Source: a virus
Lineage: Duplodnaviria > Caudoviricetes
Virus record (IMG/VR): IMGVR_UViG_3300005805_000148
Coordinates: 1 to 44,582 of that record
Direction: 5' to 3' (one strand)
DNA: 44,582 bases
Numbering within the stretch: the first letter of the stretch is position 1; the number at the start of each line of letters is the position of its first letter. Made by a program: the position numbers and the translations under genes. Shown here one piece after another: positions 33,687 through 44,038 of the stretch. The notes below the pieces were generated by a model that saw nothing but the letters and a program-made list of their open reading frames with translations, was not told where the DNA came from and searched no databases.

Positions 33687-36600
33687 TCACCCAAACATTC
33701 CACTGTTCGCCAAAACCTTCATTCGGCGAGTAATTGAATCTTGAGCCGCTTCTGGAACTGGGTTATTCACGGTCACCATAATATTGTTTGCCGCAGGCGA
33801 TTGCTGCACTTGTTCCCTATTTGGCCTTGTTCTGGTGTAGCGGTCTAGCGCCGAAGTCGTAACAATGGTTCCCGACACTTTCGGCACAAACATTTCTGGA
33901 CCACGTTCACCAACAAGGTATGGTGTCATTTCTTTAACCGGACCGCCAACGGCTCTAGTTCGCGAGCCAAGCGAACTTGTTGCGCCAGTCATTGTATTTC
34001 GAATACCTGGGACAGTTCTTGGAGTGGGAGACGGGACTGTTGGGGTGACATTCCAACTCACGCTTCCACTTCCACTCTTGGAAACTACAGCGTTTACGCT
34101 AACCGCGAGATTCAGTGGCGACGCGTCAAATGCTTCTTGCGCCCCGGTTTTGATTGCCTTCCAAATAGAAGGTCCTAGGCTTAATAAGTTTTTTTGCAAT
34201 TCGCTATCTGGGTTAAGAAGTCCAGCGCTCATATCGGTAAAGTCAGCACCGATTGATTTTGTAAGAGTGTTGACGTTCATGCCGGTTGTTTCAAGTGTTT
34301 TAAAAATGCCGCCTTCGCCAAAAAATTGAGTACTGAACGCTTGTCCAGTTATCCCTACGTTGTTACCTAGCGTAGAAACATAACCACCAACAGTAGAGGT
34401 AAATCCACCAATATTTTTTACGTCGTCGCCAAGCGTAGACAAATCCTTAGAGCCAACAACAATTTTTCCACTTGCTATTCCTGTTGCCGTCGCCAAAGTA
34501 TTGTAGACACCGGCAAGTTCCTTGTGATTATAGTACAAATCCGCTCCTGCTTCAATTACGTCAGCGTACGATTCAAGTACGTTAACTGTTGCTGCAGCAA
34601 GATTTAATGATTTATTTTCTACCTCAACGGTTGCATCAATAAAACTATTTTGCGAATTAATAACTTCCTCATTTACCTCTGTTGCTGCTGCTCGTGCTTC
34701 AAAAAGAGCAATTTCCGCATCGACAAGGTCGATATACGTCGCTCGACCCATCGCGTAATCTCGTGAAGTCTTTTCAAAATCAATTTGTAATTGGTCAATT
34801 TCTGCTTGCTCGTATCCAGTCACTTGTGCTCCGCCATCAAGCCCACGTCGAGTCTCTGAATATTGAACCTCTCTAGCGGCTTTCTTTCTTCGGTCATCAA
34901 GACCTCGTTGCATGTTAATCAACTTTGCAAGTTCTGTTTGAGCCTTACGAAAATTCAATTGCGAATTTATGTAATCGCCAAGGGAACCAATGATGTCTTT
35001 CATACGACCTATTGTCGCTTTAACAAAATCTTGAGCCGGTGTTTCTACATCTTGTTTCTTTTTCAAAAAGTCTTTAAAGAATTTAGATGCACCTTTTCTT
35101 CCTCCAGATTTATATGCAGCAGCGACGGCATTATCTAGTGATTTAGTGATTACGCTCTTAAAGGCTGGGGATTTAGCCTCTTTTGCAAAACCAACTGCAA
35201 CACCTTGGGCTGCAGGCATACCAATTTCTCTAGCCATCAACCTTGAAGGACTCTTTGTTTCAAAATAATTTTTTGCCGTTACAACAACACCCTGTAATGC
35301 CTGCACAATCGCTTGCGACATTGTCGGCGCGCCTTGAGCAAGCCCTTTTGCGATTCCATTTGTGACCTGCTCGCCAGTAGTTATTGCGGCACTATCAACT
35401 GCTTCCGATGAAGCCAAAATTGAATCTCTAAAATTATCCGCAGTAAAGCCCATGCTTTCAAGAAGATTTGCGGCGCCGACACCTGCTCCTTCTCCTCCTG
35501 CTTGAGTAGCAACACTTACGATATTCGCCATACCCTTGGCAAATACTTCTCCGGCTGCTTCTGAATCTCCTGCGGCCTCATAAGAAGCCGCCAGAGCCAC
35601 AACATCTTCTGCTGCGGCTTGAAGTTCTGCTCGCGACTTTCGACCAAGTTCTGTATTTTCTGAAAAACTACCACCACTCTTTTGCACTGCATCGCCTACG
35701 TCCTGATAGGAATCCATCAGGTCTCTATTTAGTTCTTCTTGAGTCAAGGTCATGCCTTGTAGCGCCCGAAATGCCTCTGTATATTTTTTCATTGCGCTAG
35801 TATTGGATTCGTATTCAGCAACCTGTTCTTTTAATCCATCAACATATAATTCCATACTGGCGATACTGTCAATGGTTGCTTGGTCTAGTTCTTTGGTTGT
35901 GACCGTTGCTTCACCCATTGCTTTTGCAAAAATTTTATACGACTCAGTGGCTTTATTATTACCATCAGGTATTTTGGAAATATCTTCTTTAACTTTTTGA
36001 TAAAGAACGACCGCCTTCCCAACATCAATATCGGCGGTGTTTGAAATTATTTTTAACAATTTATCTGCATTTTCGGGGTCTCCAAAAATTTTTGATAAAT
36101 CGCCAGTCTCTTCACCCTTTAAATCCAGGCCATCGGTTAGGCCTTTGAATGCCGGGCCAACTACTTTTTCTAAAGTTTGAGCATTCATTATTCCGGCTTT
36201 ATCAATTTCGTTCATAGCAACAAGAAGTGGGGCTACATTTCCTCCTGTTTCTTGAATGACGTCAGTAAAAGATTTACCAAAAGCCTTCATCGCGTTATTC
36301 GCGTCATCGGTAAAGTAGTCTGTCAGAACTGTTGAACCTTTGAGCATCTCGGTAAAAGCATCAAGATTTACCGCCCCACCCATTAACTTGTATACTTCAG
36401 TGCTTGAAGCGGCTGCGGCAGCAGAGGCCGTATAAATAAGCGCATCAGCGACAGCATCTCCGGTTTGTTTTGGGACTAAAATTGATTCCCAATCTGAAGG
36501 TTCCATTTCAAATTCTTCTTCAAATAATTTCTTGATTGCTTCTTTTGCTTCTCCTGTCATTCCGCCATAAACGCTGGTCATCAATGCAACAAGGTATGCT

Positions 36601-38405
36601 TTTCCAGATTGAGTGCCAATACCTCCAATGTCTGAAATTGTTTCGCGAAGCGCATCAAAATATCCAGGGGCTTGGTCCTCAAATTGTTTTTTTAGCCGGT
36701 CGGTTTGTACTTTTAGTTTCGATTCTTCAATACTGACGTCAACATTGAATAAGAGATTACTTTTCCCATATTTAACCTGTTCATCTAATAATTCATTAAC
36801 ATTCTCTAATGCTTTGGATGTGCCATACAATGATTCTTGTACTTCTTTGTTTTTTTTCCTAAAATGACTAATTGCAAAAGCAACACCAGCAATAACTGCT
36901 GTAATAGCAATCATCACTCCCATTGATTTCAGTAAAGCGCCAAATGAGGCCGCCAGCGAATAATTTACCGGTATCCAACCTTTTGCGGCTAAAGCAGCCG
37001 CCCTTGTCTTGTGTGACGCACTTCCAGTCGCCGCGGTGTAGCGATACACGCTGCGTGTCGCAGCATCGTACATATAACCAGTGCCGCGCAAAGCAATACT
37101 CATATTTGAAAACAGTCGAATAACCGCAGATGTTGTTTTCATTATTGACGCAAGGGCAGCGACTGCCAGTGTTATTCCCGCAGCCATTTTCAAAAAAGAA
37201 CCTACAAATGGAAGGCCTATGAAAGCCGACGATACGTTTGAAATTAAAGTAACTATATAGAGCAATCCAGTGACCACTGGCTTAATGGCATCACCTAGTT
37301 TGATTAACGCAACTTTTTGTGCAGCCATTGCTTTTTGAAATGAAGCATCAGTAGTGTTGACGTAGGCACCAAATGCATCATCAAGGTCGCCAACACTATT
37401 TTGAAGTCTTTCAAAAATTACTTGGTTTTCTGCTGCTGCAGGACCAACCAACTGAAGAACTGCTGTTAAGGCACGAACGTTGCCAAATACTTTTGCAAAC
37501 GCTTCAGCATTTTGCACTCCTCCAAGTTTTGTGGATAGGTTTTGCAATGCAACAAATAGTCCTTGCTCTTGTACTTCTTTTCTGATTTGACCAGCACTTG
37601 TACCAACCGCTTCAAGGGCTTCGCTTGCTTGTTTTGATGGCTTAAGCAATTGACTCAATGTTTGACGAACATAAATACCAGCAGTCCCAGCAGTCATACC
37701 GCTTCGAGAAAGAGCAGCAATTGCTGCAGCGACATCCTCAAATGAAGCGCCGAATGCTGCGGCAACTGGAAGAACTTTAGAGAACGCTGGAGCCATTGTG
37801 TCTGCTTCGGCTTTACCTTCTCGAACCGCAGCAACAATTACGTCGGTGGCTCTTGATGCTGAAATACTTGCAACACCGTATGCGTTAATCGCCGACGAAA
37901 CAGCATCTGCCACTGTTTTTGTTTCACCGAGTCCGGCTGCGGCTGCGCGTGCTGATGTATTCAATACGTCCATTGCGACTGCTGAGTCGCGCAAACCGGC
38001 AGAAGTAATAAAGTAAAGTGCCTCGGCCAATTCTTCCGGTCCTCGCGTTGTTTCGGTGGCCATTTCCAAAACGCCTTTTTTCATTGTCTCGATTGCGTCT
38101 GTGCTGATTCCTACAAGACCTTTGATTCGAGAAAATGACAATTCAAAATTTCTACTTGCCTGTATTGCCGCTTGACCAATGTTCATGAATGCACCAGCAA
38201 CGGTGTATTTCATCAGTGTTGCGCTTTGACGCATTGCGTCGCCAAGAGTTCTAGAAGATATGGTTCCCGCAGCAAAACCCTTACTCATTGCTTTCGATGC
38301 GCCAGTGACTGTCCTCATTCCGGACGCGGCAGCACCAACGCCGGCGGTTCTAATTTGTATTTGAACGACTAGTGGTGGTACCCCACCTGGTGTTGCGGCT
38401 GGCAT
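33687..38405 (-). CDS. tape measure protein (TP901-type core)
   Basis: 1572 aa, Ala-rich; P.ELA.ALY...SAG, SPSR.M and RA.GGPV....YLVGERGPE.FVP. Confidence 0.95.
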   Translation of the reverse strand: MPAATPGGVPPLVVQIQIRTAGVGAAASGMRTVTGASKAMSKGFAAGTISSRTLGDAMRQSATLMKYTVAGAFMNIGQAAIQASRNFELSFSRIKGLVGISTDAIETMKKGVLEMATETTRGPEELAEALYFITSAGLRDSAVAMDVLNTSARAAAAGLGETKTVADAVSSAINAYGVASISASRATDVIVAAVREGKAEADTMAPAFSKVLPVAAAFGASFEDVAAAIAALSRSGMTAGTAGIYVRQTLSQLLKPSKQASEALEAVGTSAGQIRKEVQEQGLFVALQNLSTKLGGVQNAEAFAKVFGNVRALTAVLQLVGPAAAENQVIFERLQNSVGDLDDAFGAYVNTTDASFQKAMAAQKVALIKLGDAIKPVVTGLLYIVTLISNVSSAFIGLPFVGSFLKMAAGITLAVAALASIMKTTSAVIRLFSNMSIALRGTGYMYDAATRSVYRYTAATGSASHKTRAAALAAKGWIPVNYSLAASFGALLKSMGVMIAITAVIAGVAFAISHFRKKNKEVQESLYGTSKALENVNELLDEQVKYGKSNLLFNVDVSIEESKLKVQTDRLKKQFEDQAPGYFDALRETISDIGGIGTQSGKAYLVALMTSVYGGMTGEAKEAIKKLFEEEFEMEPSDWESILVPKQTGDAVADALIYTASAAAAASSTEVYKLMGGAVNLDAFTEMLKGSTVLTDYFTDDANNAMKAFGKSFTDVIQETGGNVAPLLVAMNEIDKAGIMNAQTLEKVVGPAFKGLTDGLDLKGEETGDLSKIFGDPENADKLLKIISNTADIDVGKAVVLYQKVKEDISKIPDGNNKATESYKIFAKAMGEATVTTKELDQATIDSIASMELYVDGLKEQVAEYESNTSAMKKYTEAFRALQGMTLTQEELNRDLMDSYQDVGDAVQKSGGSFSENTELGRKSRAELQAAAEDVVALAASYEAAGDSEAAGEVFAKGMANIVSVATQAGGEGAGVGAANLLESMGFTADNFRDSILASSEAVDSAAITTGEQVTNGIAKGLAQGAPTMSQAIVQALQGVVVTAKNYFETKSPSRLMAREIGMPAAQGVAVGFAKEAKSPAFKSVITKSLDNAVAAAYKSGGRKGASKFFKDFLKKKQDVETPAQDFVKATIGRMKDIIGSLGDYINSQLNFRKAQTELAKLINMQRGLDDRRKKAAREVQYSETRRGLDGGAQVTGYEQAEIDQLQIDFEKTSRDYAMGRATYIDLVDAEIALFEARAAATEVNEEVINSQNSFIDATVEVENKSLNLAAATVNVLESYADVIEAGADLYYNHKELAGVYNTLATATGIASGKIVVGSKDLSTLGDDVKNIGGFTSTVGGYVSTLGNNVGITGQAFSTQFFGEGGIFKTLETTGMNVNTLTKSIGADFTDMSAGLLNPDSELQKNLLSLGPSIWKAIKTGAQEAFDASPLNLAVSVNAVVSKSGSGSVSWNVTPTVPSPTPRTVPGIRNTMTGATSSLGSRTRAVGGPVKEMTPYLVGERGPEMFVPKVSGTIVTTSALDRYTRTRPNREQVQQSPAANNIMVTVNNPVPEAAQDSITRRMKVLANSGMFG

Positions 38406-38454
38406 AGCCGTATTTTCTCACACGTTTGCAAATTACGCAAACGGCAGATTTTAT

Positions 38455-38635
38455 CTATTTATTGACTGTTAGTCCCATTTGGGCAGCAAACGCTGCAAGT
38501 TGGTCAGCACCTGCTCGTTTTTTCATAAAACCTTTTGCTTCGAATACGATTGCTACTTGTGCGGGGCTTAATTCCCAGAATTCTTCGAACGAGCGGCCCG
38601 TTTCGGTCCAGATTCCGAACCATTGTTTCCAAGGG
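38455..38635 (-). CDS. -1 frameshift extension of tail assembly chaperone (gpGT-like)
   Basis: Open -1 frame PWKQWFGIWTETGRSFEEFWELSPAQV...LTVNK overlapping the chaperone end. Confidence 0.75.
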
Positions 38636-39092
38636 AGGAATCTACTTTCAGGGTTTTGCTCAACTCCACGTTTAGTAGGCGTTTTTGTTCGTCGGCGAGT
38701 CCTATGCTGCTTTTTAGCATCTGACTCGCCATAATGGGGTCCACGCCGTTAGCCACCGCCCAAGCAGTACCAATGATGTTTGAATACATCATTAGTTCGC
38801 CGTCAAGCATGACATCTCCTGTTTCTACGGGAGTTTTCCTTAATGCGAATGCAAGTGTTTGACGAATAGTTGTATATGGAGTTTTTTCAAGTTGCTCTTG
38901 CCATGCTTCGAGCCCGCCAAAGTGTATTTCAATATCAGAGATTATATTGTTGGTAAATTTAATATGAAAAATTTCTTTTTCCAACTCTCCGTCTTCGTCA
39001 TAACTTTTTTCTAAAGCATCCCCAACTTTTTTCAACTTTGCGAATTCGCAAGGGATACCCTTATTTTTTAATACCATCGGTGTATAGTCCAT
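38568..39092 (-). CDS. tail assembly chaperone
   Basis: Between tail tube and tape measure genes. Confidence 0.8.
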   Translation of the reverse strand: MDYTPMVLKNKGIPCEFAKLKKVGDALEKSYDEDGELEKEIFHIKFTNNIISDIEIHFGGLEAWQEQLEKTPYTTIRQTLAFALRKTPVETGDVMLDGELMMYSNIIGTAWAVANGVDPIMASQMLKSSIGLADEQKRLLNVELSKTLKVDSSLGNNGSESGPKRAARSKNSGN

Positions 39093-39125
39093 GCAGACAG
39101 TCTACACATACACCCAGATACGCGC

Positions 39126-39169
39126 AAACGCCAGCCTTAAAGCAGTACTTTGCTCTAAGGCTGGCGTTT
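39126..39169 (-). terminator. long hairpin after tail tube gene
   Basis: AAACGCCAGCCTTA...TAAGGCTGGCGTTT. Confidence 0.7.
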
Positions 39170-39192
39170 ACACCAGCAGAACTATTTGATTA

Positions 39193-39750
39193 TTAGGCGC
39201 TAAGACCGCTTGATGCTTCGCGGAAGGTAACTGTTCCAAAACCAAGACCTGATGCGATTGGCAAAATTGCTTCTGCATCAAACGATGGTGTTGAGAAGTT
39301 GTCAGTTGAACCAGACATGATTGTTCCACCTGTGATTTGGCACTTGTTTAGCACGAACACCATTTCGGCAAGGTCTGATTCAAGGTCATTGACCAAAAAT
39401 TCAATCTTGAAGTTTGGAAGCGAGTCGCCGTCAAATTCATACGAGGCGGTTTCTGCTGAGCCCGAGCCAGAAGTGCCCACGCTTCCACCGAAGATGGTGG
39501 CGAGAACTTCAAGACTCAATTCGCTATATGTTGCAGAAAAGTTAAGACGGTCTACTTTACCTTTCTTGGCAAGAACCTTTCCATCACCTTTTAATTCAAC
39601 GCTGATGAAGTTTGGTTCTACCGAAACTTCTTGGATACCTGGGACATCGACGGCTGCGCCGTATGTAATGCCACCAGTTGCATCTGCCGTAACTGGATAA
39701 ACTTTGCAGTCATGTACGTCAAATGAGATTGTCGATGTATTTGCAGCCAT
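39193..39750 (-). CDS. major tail tube protein
   Basis: 185 aa, beta-rich, L.GD motif; upstream of chaperone and tape measure. Confidence 0.85.
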   Translation of the reverse strand: MAANTSTISFDVHDCKVYPVTADATGGITYGAAVDVPGIQEVSVEPNFISVELKGDGKVLAKKGKVDRLNFSATYSELSLEVLATIFGGSVGTSGSGSAETASYEFDGDSLPNFKIEFLVNDLESDLAEMVFVLNKCQITGGTIMSGSTDNFSTPSFDAEAILPIASGLGFGTVTFREASSGLSA

Positions 39751-39839
39751 TGTTATGACTCCTTTGTTGCTCTGCTTGGTGTGCTGATTATCAACACGCT
39801 TGAAGTCTCACAGGTTTGTGAGTATAGATAAAGTATTCT

Positions 39840-40700
39840 CTAAGGATTTATTTTCGCCCAGGTTTTGTGATTGACTACACCTGTTGGCTCAATTCCTACC
39901 TTGGACTGAAAATTCTTTACCGCTATTTCGGTATTTGCACCAAAATCTCCATCTGTTGCGCATTTAACTCCGGCTTTGTTCAAAAGTTGCTGCAGTGTCC
40001 GAACTGCGGAACCCTTTGAACCCAGTTGAAGGATTGGATTAGATGCAGCATTAGCCTTGCCGCGCTTTACTTGTTCTGCGCCGCTTGATTGTGGAACGGC
40101 AGAAGTAACTGCTGGTTTTGGGGCTGATTGAGTTGCTGGTGCCGGTGTGGCTCCGGCAACACATACTTCAGTTGGGTTTGCGGTCATCCATGCTTTGACT
40201 GCTTCAGGCACGTTATCACCTTCTGTATAACGAATATGCCATGGCTCTTCTGGTACAACTTCCCAACTAAATCCATACTTTACGCAATTTGCAATCATCC
40301 ACTGAAGGCGCGGGCCACTAGCAGTATGCACGTCAACAGCCAAGCCGCTATTATGCTGCGAGGTGCCCGGTGCCGCCAAAGGGGCCATACCTTTTTTGAG
40401 CCAATATTTCTTACCTTCAAAAGTGCGAGTTGATTGACCTGGGATTTCTGTTTCAAGGTATCGTTGCTTAAAAGCAGCAAGTTGTGAGTCGTAGGAGCGA
40501 TATAAATCGCCTGCGCTGGTGGGCTTAAGTTCAACCCCATCTGCTGCAGCAGCGGCTTTCATTGCCTTCCATGCATTTGCCGCAAGCCAATGCAGACGCC
40601 CACCATCAACTTTTGGTAGGAGAGATTCCGGTAAACGCCCTGGCTTGTGACCAGCAACGTCTGCCGGTGGGGTTAATTTTTTAATATATAGTTCAGACAT
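39840..40700 (-). CDS. endolysin: peptidase M15 plus peptidoglycan-binding domain
   Basis: YRS...Q, A.PGTS.H..GLAVD, EPWH; L..GS.G..V..LQ..L...DG.FG..T..AV..FQ. Confidence 0.92.
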   Translation of the reverse strand: MSELYIKKLTPPADVAGHKPGRLPESLLPKVDGGRLHWLAANAWKAMKAAAAADGVELKPTSAGDLYRSYDSQLAAFKQRYLETEIPGQSTRTFEGKKYWLKKGMAPLAAPGTSQHNSGLAVDVHTASGPRLQWMIANCVKYGFSWEVVPEEPWHIRYTEGDNVPEAVKAWMTANPTEVCVAGATPAPATQSAPKPAVTSAVPQSSGAEQVKRGKANAASNPILQLGSKGSAVRTLQQLLNKAGVKCATDGDFGANTEIAVKNFQSKVGIEPTGVVNHKTWAKINP

Positions 40701-40726
40701 GTTCTCTCCTAGTTTTATAAAAAATT

Positions 40727-40987
40727 TTATTGTTCAGTAGCAGGATTGTCCTGCTTTGGTTTTTGTACTTTACTAAATACGGCGTCAATTTCATCAATGC
40801 TGAGTTTGCCATCGTTCAAGAATGCCCTAGACAATCCTTCAACAACAACCGCAACACCAGCAATCCCGGCCATAAAAATTGCTTTCCAAACAGGAACACC
40901 CGCTATGGTCCCAGCGCCTATCACGCCTAAACCACTTGCGGCAAATGTCGCCAAAATGCGCAATAAAATATTTTTAATTTGTTCCAT
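40727..40987 (-). CDS. holin-like membrane protein
   Basis: Two hydrophobic helices; adjacent to the endolysin. Confidence 0.7.
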   Translation of the reverse strand: MEQIKNILLRILATFAASGLGVIGAGTIAGVPVWKAIFMAGIAGVAVVVEGLSRAFLNDGKLSIDEIDAVFSKVQKPKQDNPATEQ

Positions 40988-41003
40988 AAATTAAAACCAG
41001 AGA

Positions 41004-41037
41004 AGGCGCTCGGCGGAGTGTTTACGCACCGAGCGCC
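41004..41037 (-). terminator. hairpin
   Basis: GGCGCTCGG...CCGAGCGCC between two membrane-protein genes. Confidence 0.5.
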
Positions 41038-41056
41038 CACTCCGAGGTAGCGATAC

Positions 41057-41281
41057 CTACTTTTTGGCTGCCGCCTTTTCGCCTTCTGGTTTTTTAGCCA
41101 AAAATGAAGCAACCATTGGGTCGCCAACTTTTGTGCTGATAACAGCAAGGCCTGCGGCCGCAAGTGGCATCAGTAGGGCTGTCATTTCTGCGTCTACGTT
41201 GTATTTATCACAAACGTAAACAATCAAACCCAATGCTCCACCTTTAAGAACTTGGTCGTAACTCATCTTCTTTTTGTCCAT
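41057..41281 (-). CDS. small membrane protein (second holin-like)
   Basis: RBS AAGGAG before ATG 41281; two hydrophobic segments. Confidence 0.7.
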   Translation of the reverse strand: MDKKKMSYDQVLKGGALGLIVYVCDKYNVDAEMTALLMPLAAAGLAVISTKVGDPMVASFLAKKPEGEKAAAKK

Positions 41282-41353
41282 GACTAACTCCTTTGTTGAG
41301 GCCGGATGGCCTAACACAGTCTCAACTAAGGATTCGTATAGCCCGACTATGGT

Positions 41354-43543
41354 CTAATCATTCTTTTTAGCAAGTATCCTGTTCATTAAGTCTTTTACTA
41401 ATGATTGATGCTCGACTTCATCACCTTCCGTTACGGCATCAACGACTGAACGTTTTGAATCTACTAAATGATAAATATCTTCGTCGATTGTTCCTGAAGC
41501 AAGTAGATACCAAACCTGAACATTATTTTTTTGCCCTATTCGGTGACATCTATCTTCTGCTTGGTCATGTTCGCCGGGAGTCCAACCCATCTGAACAAAA
41601 ACAACATCGGAGCCAGCAGTCAAAGTAATACCAACACCACCAGCCTGAAGGTTGAGAACAATGACCCTTGATTTTGGGTCTGTCTGAAATGAATCAACAG
41701 CATGCTGACGCTCCTCAAGGGAATCACGTCCACTAACACGCAGGCCGCCGTATTTTCCGGCAAGATGGTCCACGACATCAACGTTGTGTGCAAAAACAAC
41801 AAGTTTCCTGTCGCATGATTCAAGGAACGAATCAATCCATTCCTCAACAGAATCCATTTTTGCCCAAGCAGCAAGACGTTTTAGAACCTGAGTACGCGCC
41901 ATATGTTCGGACGAATCTTTAGACTTGTAACCATTTTCTCGCAGGAAAAGAACAAGGTCGTCTTCTGCGGAAATGTATTCTTTTTGTCCTTTTCCACTCG
42001 GTTCTAGGTGGACTATGTTTCTACTTTTTTCTGGCAATTCTTTTAATACTTCATCTTTTGTTCTACGAATATAACAATTTTGTCTAAGTTTCGTATTGAG
42101 TTCCATTAGATTGCTTGCGCCGTTTGTATCCCAACCAAAACCGTTGTGGTAGGCAGCCGTATATCTCTTAAGGAATGCCCACTTTCCTCCAAAGCGACTT
42201 AGCATCCCCATGATTTCAAGTTGACTTACAAGTTCCGAAGGTCTATTTGTTACCGGCGTTCCGGACAATAGTAAAACACTGCCTGACTTGGGGACCTTGG
42301 AGGCTATGTCTTTTGCTGCCTTAGTTCGCTTTGATGAACCATTTTTTACATAGTGTGATTCATCAAGCACTAATCCGCTTAACCCAAGATGCTTTATTGC
42401 GTCAACGAATTTATAAAGAATGTCGTAATTAACTATGTTGACATCAGCATTCACGATGTCGGTTTTCCCGGACACGATATTGACAACTCTATGCGGCAGC
42501 CATTTATTTAGTTCACGACGCCAATTTTCTTTAAGGGATGCAGGACAAACAATGATTGCCGGAAATGCATCTCTTAACTCAAGCGTCGCTATCGCCTCGA
42601 CAGTTTTTCCTAATCCCATTTGGTCTGCAATTAAGCAACGACCAACAGAGGTTGCATAAGCAACACCTGCTTTTTGATAAGGCATAAGGGTGCCAGAAAG
42701 GTTTTGTACTTCAATATCCGAATCAACTGATGCTGATTTTTCTAGCAAATCGGCTTCTCTTTTTGCTGATTCCATAATCGCTGCACGAATCTGAGGAGGT
42801 ATTGAAAAGCCATATTTTTCTGCTATTTCAATGCCGGAAATAACTGGAGGCACCGACCAAAACTTTTTTTTCGCATCCCAAAGACGACCAGGAATTTTTT
42901 TTATTTCTGCAACAATTTCCGGTTGATATTCAAAATCGAATATTAATCTGCCGCTTTTTGATATTGTAATTTTTTTGTTGTCGTTCGCTATTGGCGAAGT
43001 AGTTATCCCCATTATGTTGATGCCTTCCGATGACGAAAATCCATAATTTTGTATAAGTTTTATAATTTCTTGCTCGCTTGAAAGCGGAGCAATCCAAACC
43101 AGCGCTTGGGTGTTCCAAAAAATGCCTGGGACTGTACGTATCTGTTCTATCAGTTGTTCATCGTATTCGCAACGGATAATAAATAGTTCACCATTTGTTG
43201 ACACGGAATTTTTTGCTTGATTAACTAATTTAATATTGCCTTTGTCAAATCCGTTATTAAAATTTAACGGACGCAAGGGTGGCGCTATTTCGTCGTAATT
43301 AATATTATTTAGCAATAATTGATTTTTATATTTAGCAAGCATCATCCATGCTTCGTAGCAAACAGAATTAGTCCAACTTGATGCTGGGGCCAAAGCAAGC
43401 ATTGTTCCGTATCGAGAATCCGCCCTGTTGAAACCAACAAAATCTTTTCCTTGGGCTCCATCGCAGGTATCGGCTAAAACCCTTACGGCCTTTACTAGCG
43501 CCGCCGGGTCGTAGATTTCTAGTTTTCCGTTACTGTCTGCCAC
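41354..43543 (-). CDS. SNF2-family helicase with HARP-like domains
   Basis: D.MGLGKT, DESH, LSGTP and QAEDR.HRIGQ; two N-terminal Y...I..I..PG..W.....W repeats. Confidence 0.95.
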   Translation of the reverse strand: MADSNGKLEIYDPAALVKAVRVLADTCDGAQGKDFVGFNRADSRYGTMLALAPASSWTNSVCYEAWMMLAKYKNQLLLNNINYDEIAPPLRPLNFNNGFDKGNIKLVNQAKNSVSTNGELFIIRCEYDEQLIEQIRTVPGIFWNTQALVWIAPLSSEQEIIKLIQNYGFSSSEGINIMGITTSPIANDNKKITISKSGRLIFDFEYQPEIVAEIKKIPGRLWDAKKKFWSVPPVISGIEIAEKYGFSIPPQIRAAIMESAKREADLLEKSASVDSDIEVQNLSGTLMPYQKAGVAYATSVGRCLIADQMGLGKTVEAIATLELRDAFPAIIVCPASLKENWRRELNKWLPHRVVNIVSGKTDIVNADVNIVNYDILYKFVDAIKHLGLSGLVLDESHYVKNGSSKRTKAAKDIASKVPKSGSVLLLSGTPVTNRPSELVSQLEIMGMLSRFGGKWAFLKRYTAAYHNGFGWDTNGASNLMELNTKLRQNCYIRRTKDEVLKELPEKSRNIVHLEPSGKGQKEYISAEDDLVLFLRENGYKSKDSSEHMARTQVLKRLAAWAKMDSVEEWIDSFLESCDRKLVVFAHNVDVVDHLAGKYGGLRVSGRDSLEERQHAVDSFQTDPKSRVIVLNLQAGGVGITLTAGSDVVFVQMGWTPGEHDQAEDRCHRIGQKNNVQVWYLLASGTIDEDIYHLVDSKRSVVDAVTEGDEVEHQSLVKDLMNRILAKKND

Positions 43544-43983
43544 AGGTAAATATCGTGTGGTTCTGCGTTGTAATCCCCTTCAAAGGAGGCGCGTTTGTGT
43601 TCGATGATTGCACGTGCAAGCCGCGCGTTTTCTTCAACTAGGTTCAATCTAGAAGAACCACTTATAATTGTTTTGACCTCTGAAAGTCTTTTACTTATGC
43701 CGTTTCTGTATCTTTGTGCTTTCCTGAACCAATCATCAAACTTAAGTTTTTCTTCATGGTAGTCATTGACATCCATCAATCCCAATTGAGAATCTTTTGC
43801 CAACATATCTATTCTGGTTTTATGAAAAACCATTTGCGAATCGGAATCAGAAAGGGCAGTAATCAAAGCGTGGCACCATGCTAAGCGATTTTCTTCATCG
43901 CAAAGCCAAGAAACTTCCTCTGCCGTAGCGTCGCCTTTACATTCGCGTTTTGCGATATCAAGGACATCTTTATCTGGGAGCAT
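43519..43983 (-). CDS. hypothetical coiled-coil protein
   Basis: RBS GAGG; upstream promoter-like TATACT. Confidence 0.8.
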   Translation of the reverse strand: MLPDKDVLDIAKRECKGDATAEEVSWLCDEENRLAWCHALITALSDSDSQMVFHKTRIDMLAKDSQLGLMDVNDYHEEKLKFDDWFRKAQRYRNGISKRLSEVKTIISGSSRLNLVEENARLARAIIEHKRASFEGDYNAEPHDIYLWQTVTEN

Positions 43984-44038
43984 TAATACCTCGTTGGGTT
44001 ATTGTGTTGAGGATTTAGTATACCAGCAAATGCTTTTA

